Shown here in pieces: positions 17,270-24,514 of a DNA stretch of 64,000 bases. The notes under the pieces were generated by a model that was not told the origin of the DNA, made no database searches, and saw only the letters and a list, made by a program, of their open reading frames with translations. The position numbers and the translations under genes are program-made. Source of the DNA: Bacteroidota bacterium (GTDB taxonomy: Bacteria > Bacteroidota > Rhodothermia > Rhodothermales > JAHQVL01); contig JBCCIM010000003.1 of NCBI GenBank assembly GCA_039111535.1, positions 4,974-68,973 of the forward strand. The letters are read 5' to 3'. The stretch's first letter is position 1. Each line of letters starts with the position of its first letter.

Positions 17270-19225
17270 ATGATCTTGCGCTACACAACATGTTTGTTGT
17301 TCATTTTCCTTTGCCTGGGCACCTTTTCGGTATCTGCACAGGATACTGGATATCAAGGCTGCCAGGAAATTGATCAGCTTGTTGAAGACGAGTGCATCGC
17401 ACTGGAACGCTTGTTTGAAAATGCAGGTGGACTGGACTGGTTCAACCGCACCGGTTGGCTCAGAGCAAATCAACCGTGCTCCTGGTTTGGCGTAACTTGC
17501 AATTCCAAAGAGTGGCCCCTCAACGTTATCAAAATCGAGTTGGTCGACAACAACGTAAGCGGCGGCTTGCCTGGCGAGTTGGGTAACTTGCATGAACTGC
17601 AGGAGCTAATCATTGAAAACACCTCGCAGCGCGGTGGATTCGAAAAACTCGGCAACATCCTCCCCTCTACGCTTGCTACGGCAAAAAACCTGCGGGTTAT
17701 TCGCCTCGGGCAAAATGCTATTCGTGGTGGTATTCCCAATACATACGGCCGTCTCCAGAATCTCGAAGTATTTGATCTACACGACAACCTGCTCGACGGC
17801 TTCCTGCCTGATTCTTTGGGCCGCATTGCATCCCTGACAACCATTAACCTGAGCACCAATGATCTGAAAGGCAACATTCCGCCGGCCTGGTCAGCATTGC
17901 CCAATCTTGAGTCGATCGACCTGTCTAATAACCGGCTAAACGGCACCATTCCGGAAATGCTTGGTGATCTCCAAACACTTCGCAGCCTCCGTCTGAACAA
18001 CAATGCCTTTACCGGCAACATCCCGCGAGCTATCGCCGATTTGCCCGAACTAAATTGGCTTTTTGTATCAGACAATCAACTGGAAGGCCCCCTGCTGCCG
18101 GCTATTGGTCAACTTAAAAACCAATTATCTGCCTGCTCGCTGGAAAATAATAGTCCAAACTTTTGCGTCCCTGACCGTGAGGCCTATACCACAGATGCTT
18201 CAGGTCTTTTTTGTGGGGTGCCGGTATCCTCATCCTGTACCATTTGTGATACAAATACGTCTATCGATGGGGCAACGTGCGAAGGCCTGGAGTCATTTTA
18301 TTTTGACACGCGCGGCTATGCATGGGAAAACAACGCCGGGTGGCTTGTCCACGATTCGCCCTGTGATTGGTTTGGTATTGGATGTGAGAATGACAACATA
18401 ACAGAACTTACCCTCCCGAATAACAACCTCGATGGTAATATCCCTGTAGAACTCGGGCAGTTATCCAGCCTTGTTGCGCTTGATCTTTCACAAAATGAGC
18501 TGCACGGTACGTTACCTTTTTCTGTGGCGGCGCTGGCACCCAATATGCAAACTTGCTCACTTTCTGATAATACGGTCGATTTGTGTGTGCCAGAAAACGA
18601 ACAATACCGCGCGATAGGCCTCGACCCGATTTGTCAGATTCCATTGACAACCAGTTGCACCCCGCTGCCGGCAAAAATAAGCGACGTTCAGGCCAAAATC
18701 GAAGGTAACCTTGTTATCGTTTCCTGGGTAGCCACGTCGGTTAACCCTGCATCAGATTTTTATGTTGAGAAAAAGGCAGGCAATGACTTTGTCCAAATAG
18801 GTGGCACCAACGGAGCAGCCATTCTGCAAAGCCCTTCCCCTTATGAGTTGCCGCTGGACGCAGGGCCGGCTGGTGTTCATGTTTACCGTGTTCGCGAAGA
18901 CCTGCCAGACGGCACTGCGAATTATAGCGAAACCATCGAAATATGGACGGGCGTAACCGCTGGATTCCTGGTGGGCGCGCCCTACCCTAATCCAGCTAAA
19001 AGCACAGCCTACCTTGATTTGCTCGTGGAAGCTGGCGATGAGGTTCACGTTGAATTGTACAATGCCCTGGGCCAACGCATCAAAACCATTTTTTCAGGTA
19101 CCCTCGCCCCCAACACCCCACATCTCCTCGAAGTAGAAAAAGCCCAGTTAGCCGGCGGCCTATATTTCATCCAAGTCAGAGGCAGCGCGTTCTCAAAAGT
19201 ACAAACGCTCGTATTCAGGCCTTAA
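17270..19225 (+). CDS. Leucine-rich repeat protein with two LRRNT-like Cys caps and a T9SS C-terminal sorting domain
   Basis: Signal peptide. Two cap motifs are present (C..L..L....GG..W....GW....PC.WFGV(I)TC(GC)). About 24-residue LRRs are visible (L.L..N.L.G.IP..LG.L..L). The C-terminus reads GAPYPNPAKSTAYLDL...GLYFIQVRG...KVQTLVF. Confidence 0.8.
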   Translation: MILRYTTCLLFIFLCLGTFSVSAQDTGYQGCQEIDQLVEDECIALERLFENAGGLDWFNRTGWLRANQPCSWFGVTCNSKEWPLNVIKIELVDNNVSGGLPGELGNLHELQELIIENTSQRGGFEKLGNILPSTLATAKNLRVIRLGQNAIRGGIPNTYGRLQNLEVFDLHDNLLDGFLPDSLGRIASLTTINLSTNDLKGNIPPAWSALPNLESIDLSNNRLNGTIPEMLGDLQTLRSLRLNNNAFTGNIPRAIADLPELNWLFVSDNQLEGPLLPAIGQLKNQLSACSLENNSPNFCVPDREAYTTDASGLFCGVPVSSSCTICDTNTSIDGATCEGLESFYFDTRGYAWENNAGWLVHDSPCDWFGIGCENDNITELTLPNNNLDGNIPVELGQLSSLVALDLSQNELHGTLPFSVAALAPNMQTCSLSDNTVDLCVPENEQYRAIGLDPICQIPLTTSCTPLPAKISDVQAKIEGNLVIVSWVATSVNPASDFYVEKKAGNDFVQIGGTNGAAILQSPSPYELPLDAGPAGVHVYRVREDLPDGTANYSETIEIWTGVTAGFLVGAPYPNPAKSTAYLDLLVEAGDEVHVELYNALGQRIKTIFSGTLAPNTPHLLEVEKAQLAGGLYFIQVRGSAFSKVQTLVFRP

Positions 19226-20529
19226 CCTGCCTCCTTGGGTTGTGGACGCACGGGTTGAAAGAAGGTGTCTGCAAAATCCATAAACACGCGCCAATCGTCA
19301 TCACCTACTCCGTGCCCGCCGGGGCGGATATGATAGCCTAATTCAGCGCCAACGAGGTTATTATTGCCGGGCATTTCTTCCTCAATGAGCCCGGCTTTAC
19401 CATACAGGCTATAAACAGGTCCAGCAGCTTTCAAGGCAAGAAATTCTCCTTCAGGATCCGCCCATGCGTCTTCTTCCGCACTCGCTACTAGAACAGGTCT
19501 TGGTGCCATAAGCGCAATGAGTAGATGTTGATCGAATGGGAGCTGGTCTTCATTTTCGTTGAATGCCCGGAATGCTACATTAAACCAGTGAGGGAAGCGG
19601 TCGTTGATGGCCTTGACGGTCTCACCTACGCGCCGGCGGCTAAGGGCTGCCCCACCACAACCCGACTGATTTGAGACGACAAGCGCGATGCGCGGGTCTA
19701 TTGCGCCGGCCCACAAAGCGGCCTTGCCATTCCGGGAATGGCCCATAACCGCAATGCGATTGGGATCGATGTCCGGGTCCGTTTGCAAATAATCTACCGC
19801 ACGGTGGATTCCGTACGCCCAGGCGCTAAGGGCACCCCAGCTGTTCTCGTCTCTTGTTTCTCCACTGGCTAAAGGGAATGCCGCATGGGCGCCGTCTGAA
19901 AAATCATCGTGGTCCGGATCGAGGTCGCCATGGTAAAATGTGGCAAGCGCATACCCACGGGCCACTGCCTGCCGGAAGCTCCACCGTGATGCGCTCGTGC
20001 CACGGGAGGCCTCAGTTGCACGATGATCCACAACCCCCTCTCCTCGAGCCGGCTGCCACTGATCCAGTATAGCTACATCTGTGTCGGCAACTACAGCATG
20101 ATTGCCATGAAAGTTCGGACCGAGAAAAACCGGTACTTTGCCCGTCACCAGCTTGGGCACAACCAGTAACAGCCGCATGGAGAGGGCGTCACTGCCAACA
20201 TTAATGGTTACTTGCTTTTTGATGGCCGTATCGTCCATGTAATGTTCATCAACAGCATCTACCACAAACGTTACCTGCTCCGCAGCCGGTACAGCACCAT
20301 ACATGTAATGCGCAAACAACGCCTGCACCTCAGGCCGGCGATCCGCTTCCCAGTCAGCCACCGACGCAACCTGCTCGCCGGCACTTGTGATCAACGGATG
20401 TGGCAGTTCGCTTTGCACAGGCAAGGCCGTAGCATCAGGTAATACATTGTTGTCCTGTTTTTCCATTTTGCAACTTGCCGTGATGAGTAAGACAAGCAAA
20501 AGTATGTTATTTGTATGCTTTATGAACAT
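19222..20529 (-). CDS. CE15-like glucuronoyl esterase / alpha-beta hydrolase, lipoprotein-type signal
   Basis: MGHSRNGKAALWAGA matches the CE15 G-x-S-R-x-G-K nucleophile motif as I recall it. The N-terminus LLLVLLITASC is lipobox-like. The stop overlaps the LRR gene stop by 4 nt (TTAA). Confidence 0.65.
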   Translation of the reverse strand: MFIKHTNNILLLVLLITASCKMEKQDNNVLPDATALPVQSELPHPLITSAGEQVASVADWEADRRPEVQALFAHYMYGAVPAAEQVTFVVDAVDEHYMDDTAIKKQVTINVGSDALSMRLLLVVPKLVTGKVPVFLGPNFHGNHAVVADTDVAILDQWQPARGEGVVDHRATEASRGTSASRWSFRQAVARGYALATFYHGDLDPDHDDFSDGAHAAFPLASGETRDENSWGALSAWAYGIHRAVDYLQTDPDIDPNRIAVMGHSRNGKAALWAGAIDPRIALVVSNQSGCGGAALSRRRVGETVKAINDRFPHWFNVAFRAFNENEDQLPFDQHLLIALMAPRPVLVASAEEDAWADPEGEFLALKAAGPVYSLYGKAGLIEEEMPGNNNLVGAELGYHIRPGGHGVGDDDWRVFMDFADTFFQPVRPQPKEAG

Positions 20530-20768
20530 GACACTGCCGGGTGGTAAAGGGCGCGTAGGATAACAAGAAGATTAAATTCTCCTCAAATAAGCAAAATGTC
20601 TGGTCTATCACAAGATCTTGGCGCAGGGCCATCCATCAAATTGTGACATTCTGTGCTTTATATAGAGATTAGTGGTCCACTCTTTGAAGCATCACAGATC
20701 ATACAAAATCACCAACGGTTCAGCCCACATCAGGAGTCACATATTCTAATCTTAGCACGTCCATCTTC

Positions 20769-21548
20769 ATGTTGAATTTCAAAAAACAACGATTCTGCAC
20801 CCTGTTTTGCCTGCTGTTTGCAAGTATGTTTACAGGCACGGCGTATAGTCAAACCATCAGTGTAGCGCTGCCCGATACATTTGTCACCGAAACTGATGCG
20901 GTTATGGTACCGGTCACAGTGAGTGACGTATCAACGCTTGGTATCATTTCCTTTGACATGACCATTGCCTTCGACCCTGAGATCATCCAGATAAACAATA
21001 TCGCAAAACTTGATGGCATAGCCGCAGGGTTTTTCTATTCAAATAACCTTGGCCTGGATGGTAAAGTGGCCATTGCAGCTGCCGGCGTAGATACCCTGAC
21101 GGGTGCTGGTCCGCTGTTTTATTTAGAAGCCGGTTTTCTGAAAGATGGATCCAGTGAAATGAGTTTCGATAAAGTAAACTTTGAAGTTGATTCTTTAGAA
21201 GTTGAAGCACAAAATGGCCGCCTGCGCAATATCAGCCCGGCAAGTGTAGAAGACCCTGTTGCAGTATCAGGCGCTACGCTATTATCTCACATGTATCCAA
21301 ATCCATTTTTTGCTTCGACTACGTTAACTATGGATCTTCCGGAGACAGCTCTGGTATCTGTTGAAGTATACAATCTAGCAGGTCAACGACAAGATTATTA
21401 TCCGCCTCGCCCCCTGGCGGCTGGCGCCAACCAACTTTTCAACATAGACGCTTCATCGATGCCTGCCGGCTCCTACTTCTACCGGATAACCGCCCAGAGC
21501 CAGGGCACTACACGTTACGGTGGTGGCATGATGACCATAATCCATTAA
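20769..21548 (+). CDS. Cohesin-like domain protein with a T9SS C-terminal sorting domain
   Basis: Signal peptide. The region ISVALPD...VMVPVTVSDVS.LGIISFDMTIAFDPEIIQI is cohesin type-like. The C-terminus reads MYPNPFFASTTLTMDLPE...VEVYNLAGQR...GSYFYRITA. Confidence 0.7.
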   Translation: MLNFKKQRFCTLFCLLFASMFTGTAYSQTISVALPDTFVTETDAVMVPVTVSDVSTLGIISFDMTIAFDPEIIQINNIAKLDGIAAGFFYSNNLGLDGKVAIAAAGVDTLTGAGPLFYLEAGFLKDGSSEMSFDKVNFEVDSLEVEAQNGRLRNISPASVEDPVAVSGATLLSHMYPNPFFASTTLTMDLPETALVSVEVYNLAGQRQDYYPPRPLAAGANQLFNIDASSMPAGSYFYRITAQSQGTTRYGGGMMTIIH

Positions 21549-21550
21549 AT

Positions 21551-21982
21551 ATGTTTTTAGAAAAATCCGGAGAATCATCAGAATCCCCAGTTGAATTGGA
21601 AATCAGCGAAAAAGACGAAACGTATGGCCGGCCGCTCGCGCAGATTCTTAGTGATCTGAGGCGTCCTATTCCCGGTCACATCGTCCACACCCGGCAACAA
21701 GCCGGCCGGCGCGTCAAATATCTCACAATGCAGGATACCATTGCCATTCTGGATCAGTATGCACCTGGCTGGGAAGGTACAATTACCAACATTTACAGCT
21801 CCCGCGATCGCATCTATATTGCTTACCGTATCACCATCCACGCAAAAGAAGGCAAGTTTGCCAGAGAAGCGACTGGCAGCAGCACACTGGAGCCCAATGC
21901 CCAGGGCGATCCAAGTACGATGGCGGAATCAGCTGCTATTCGCAATGCTGCGGCCAAATTTGGACTAGCACTTTACCTTTAA
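21551..21982 (+). CDS. Rad52/22-family (DdrA-like) single-strand annealing protein, short form
   Basis: L..L..PIPGHIV.....G..V.YLTMQDTIAILDQYAPGWEGTI....... and the terminal MAESAAIRNAAAKFGLALYL parallel the conserved Rad52/DdrA N-terminal domain pattern (..PFP...V..., LD...p..W, A.sdAlKR.a..FGiGrYLY), recalled from memory. Confidence 0.5.
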   Translation: MFLEKSGESSESPVELEISEKDETYGRPLAQILSDLRRPIPGHIVHTRQQAGRRVKYLTMQDTIAILDQYAPGWEGTITNIYSSRDRIYIAYRITIHAKEGKFAREATGSSTLEPNAQGDPSTMAESAAIRNAAAKFGLALYL

Positions 21983-21983
21983 A

Positions 21984-22137
21984 GAGTGAGGAGATAGGAG
22001 TATTGAGTGAGGAGTTTCTGGTTAACCTCGCAAGGCCGGCGATCTTAGCGTTGAGCATAACTTCAGATTGTTGCGTCACAAGACTCAGCTATATACCAAA
22101 CGCCAAACTCTCCTCACTCCAAACTCTTCCCTCACTC
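21984..22137. repeat. Imperfect inverted repeat (arms 21984-22017 and 22105-22137) built from the CTCCTCACTC motif, flanking 87 bp
   Basis: The left arm is GAGTGAGGAGATAGGAGTATTGAGTGAGGAGTTT. The right arm is AAACTCTCCTCACTCCAAACTCTTCCCTCACTC. The inner 13-15 nt pair with a 2-nt bulge. The motif is the same as in the tandem repeat at 9720. Confidence 0.6.
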
Positions 22138-22251
22138 TACCATTAATCCACCGGCTGCCTTATCTTTAAGCGCCCCTCAGCTCCGCGCCAGCTCCACACT
22201 GGTGATTCCTGGTACCCCAAGGCCTCATTTTTTAATTGTAAAGAGGTCACT

Positions 22252-22425
22252 ATGAAGTGCTGCGCCGAATGCGGAAGCAATGAAGTGGTTTTTGTTCTTA
22301 TTAAAAAAGACCGGCGCTATCTGAACGTGCAATGGATGTGCATTGAGCATATGTTGCAGCTGATTCAACGCATGAACAAGATATTTCCCGCCACGGACTA
22401 TGAGGCCAAAATCCGTAAAGCATAA
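22252..22425 (+). CDS. Small (57 aa) Cys-containing protein, possible zinc-ribbon mini-protein
   Basis: Hand translation gives MKCCAECGSNEVVFVLIKKDRRYLNVQWMCIEHMLQLIQRMNKIFPATDYEAKIRKA*. AAGAGG lies 6 nt upstream of the ATG. The stop abuts a perfect terminator hairpin. The ORF is below the ORF-track size cut-off. Confidence 0.4.
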   Translation: MKCCAECGSNEVVFVLIKKDRRYLNVQWMCIEHMLQLIQRMNKIFPATDYEAKIRKA

Positions 22426-22475
22426 AATATAAAACGGGAGCTGCAACATGCATTGCAGCTCCCGTTTTATATTTT
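22424..22475. terminator. Bidirectional terminator, 23-bp perfect inverted repeat
   Basis: AAAATATAAAACGGGAGCTGCAA-catgca-TTGCAGCTCCCGTTTTATATTTT lies between the small + strand ORF and the convergent transporter gene. Confidence 0.8.
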
Positions 22476-22493
22476 GCTCGAAAGGAAACCAGG

Positions 22494-23786
22494 CTACGCT
22501 TCAACAGGCACCTTTAACTGGCCCTCACTTGCGGCAACGATTGTTGCAACGGTCACGTCCCCTGTTACGTTTGTTACCGTTCGGCACATATCCAGGATAC
22601 GGTCTACACCCAAAATCAACGCAATACCAGCATTGGGCACACCAACCGCCTCCAGTATGATGACCAGCATAATGATGCCGGCGCCCGGTACAGCTGCCGT
22701 TCCTATTGAAGCCAGCAGTGCCGTAAATACAATGGTAAGTTGGGCGGTAAGCGAAAGGTCCATGCCTACGGTCTGCGCAATAAACACCGCAGCAATGGCC
22801 TGGTAGAGTCCTGTACCGTCCATGTTGATGGTTGCCCCAAGCGGTAGCACAAAAGACGATACTTCTTCAGAAACCCCGATGTTTTTTTCGGCTGTCTCCA
22901 TCGTTACTGGCAGCGTTGCGCCACTGGACGATGTAGAGAAGGCAACCAGCTGCGCTGGCGCTATGCCCCGGAAGAAGGTTTTAAGGCTTACAGGCGTAAA
23001 GATCTTCAGCAGCGTAGGGTATGTAACACAGGTGTGAATAATCAAGCCGAGCAGCACTGCGATACAGTAATAGCCAAGCGCTGTAAGTAACTCGATTACT
23101 GCGCCGCCACTGGCAATCGACGTGATCGTGCCGGCAAGGAGCGCAAACACCCCAACTGGCGCTGTATACATAATCAGATCAACCAGCTTAATGATCAGCT
23201 CATTGAGGCTGTCAAAAATATCCAGCAACGGTTTGGCTTTTGCACGCTCCAGCAAAATCAGGCCAATCCCAGCAAAAATGGCGAAGAACACGATCTGCAA
23301 CATGTTGCGGTTGCTGGATGCCGCTGAGAAAAAGTTGGCCGGCACGATGTCCACCAGAATCTGCAAAGGCCCACGCTCTTTGGCCTGATCAGCTTGTTGC
23401 TGACGAGACGCCGCATCAGCGCTGTAGGTCTCTTGCAACTGGTCCCGCACGTCAGGCGGTACCGTGCTGCCGGGCTCCATAACATTAACCAGCACCAGGC
23501 CAATGACCAACGCGATAAAAGTTGTAGCCAGGTAAATCCCTATTGTCTTCCCGCCAATGCGAGAAAGTTTTTGCAGGTTAGAGAGCGACGCAACCCCGGT
23601 AATCAGGGATGCAAGCACCAGTGGTACTGCAATCAACTGTAGCAGGCGCAGAAAAATGGTACCAAATGGGGCAATGTAGTCGTTTGTAAATTCAATCCAG
23701 CCGGCTGAGGCGGCAATAATGCCATAAACAAGGCCCAGCAGCAATCCGATGATAATCTGCCAGTGCAACTTCTTATACCAGGGCAT
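22494..23786 (-). CDS. Dicarboxylate/amino acid:cation symporter (DAACS family)
   Basis: 430 aa. LLQLIAVPLVLASLITGVASL, SSSGATLPVTME and the GATINMDGTGLYQAIAAVFIAQ...GVPNAGIALILGVDRILDMCRT motifs are typical of GltP/GltT-type carriers. Confidence 0.85.
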   Translation of the reverse strand: MPWYKKLHWQIIIGLLLGLVYGIIAASAGWIEFTNDYIAPFGTIFLRLLQLIAVPLVLASLITGVASLSNLQKLSRIGGKTIGIYLATTFIALVIGLVLVNVMEPGSTVPPDVRDQLQETYSADAASRQQQADQAKERGPLQILVDIVPANFFSAASSNRNMLQIVFFAIFAGIGLILLERAKAKPLLDIFDSLNELIIKLVDLIMYTAPVGVFALLAGTITSIASGGAVIELLTALGYYCIAVLLGLIIHTCVTYPTLLKIFTPVSLKTFFRGIAPAQLVAFSTSSSGATLPVTMETAEKNIGVSEEVSSFVLPLGATINMDGTGLYQAIAAVFIAQTVGMDLSLTAQLTIVFTALLASIGTAAVPGAGIIMLVIILEAVGVPNAGIALILGVDRILDMCRTVTNVTGDVTVATIVAASEGQLKVPVEA

Positions 23787-23994
23787 AAAACTTCTTCCTT
23801 ATTCCGTTCAGTGATTTAGCGGAATCATCTTACTGCTTTTTTGTGACTTAGGCAAAGAAGTGTTACCAACCCCAAACAGCACCTCCAGGAAATCTTCTTC
23901 TTTTCATGGTCTGCATACGCAGCCCCCTCCCCCCCTCACCGGGAACAGCCTTTGCAAAACATAGTTTTAGTCAAGTCTAATAATTATTTTAGCC

Positions 23995-24459
23995 ATGAAA
24001 ATAACACTGCTCATTTTGATGCTGGGCTTGTTGGCCTCCGTGCCTGCTCAAAACGACTGGCATTCACTTTCCGAGGCACTCCCGCTGGCAGCGAAGCAAC
24101 AGCAACCTGTGCTTGTTTACGTAAGCGCGCCCTGGTGTGGCCCTTGCCTCACGATGGAAGCCGAGGTTTTCCCCAAGGCGGCGCCCTTGCTTGCTCGCTT
24201 TGTCAAAGCCAGGTTGCGCTATGACGACAACGACAGCAGGATTCAACTGGGGCATCGGGTGTTAACACCATTTGAATGGACGCAGCATCTTGGCATTGAA
24301 GCAACCCCGGGGTTTGTCGTGCTCGATCATGCCGGCAATGTGCTCACGCAACACACGGGGTATCTCGATTCAAAATCTTTCAATTTACTCCTCGCCTTCA
24401 TCGCTACTGACGCTTACAAACATGCCTCATTTGAAGTCTATGTTAGCAAGCATGGATAA
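23995..24459 (+). CDS. Secreted thioredoxin-fold protein (WCGPC)
   Basis: Signal peptide MKITLLILMLGLLASVPAQ. The active-site motif is YVSAPWCGPCLTM. Confidence 0.75.
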   Translation: MKITLLILMLGLLASVPAQNDWHSLSEALPLAAKQQQPVLVYVSAPWCGPCLTMEAEVFPKAAPLLARFVKARLRYDDNDSRIQLGHRVLTPFEWTQHLGIEATPGFVVLDHAGNVLTQHTGYLDSKSFNLLLAFIATDAYKHASFEVYVSKHG

Positions 24460-24514
24460 ACTTTCGCTCCATCCCATATGCAACCGCCTATTTCAACGTT
24501 CTATGGCAGTTTAC

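Noticed and set aside
20769-22250. Prophage or mobile-element remnant around the Rad52-like gene
   Set aside because: No integrase, terminase, capsid, exonuclease or att-like direct repeats were seen. The only repeat is the motif-based inverted repeat, for which I could not find target-site duplications.
22225-22449. 74-aa minus-strand ORF
   Set aside because: Its start codon lies inside the 23-bp terminator stem. The opposite-strand 57-aa ORF has a purine-rich leader and ends at the terminator.
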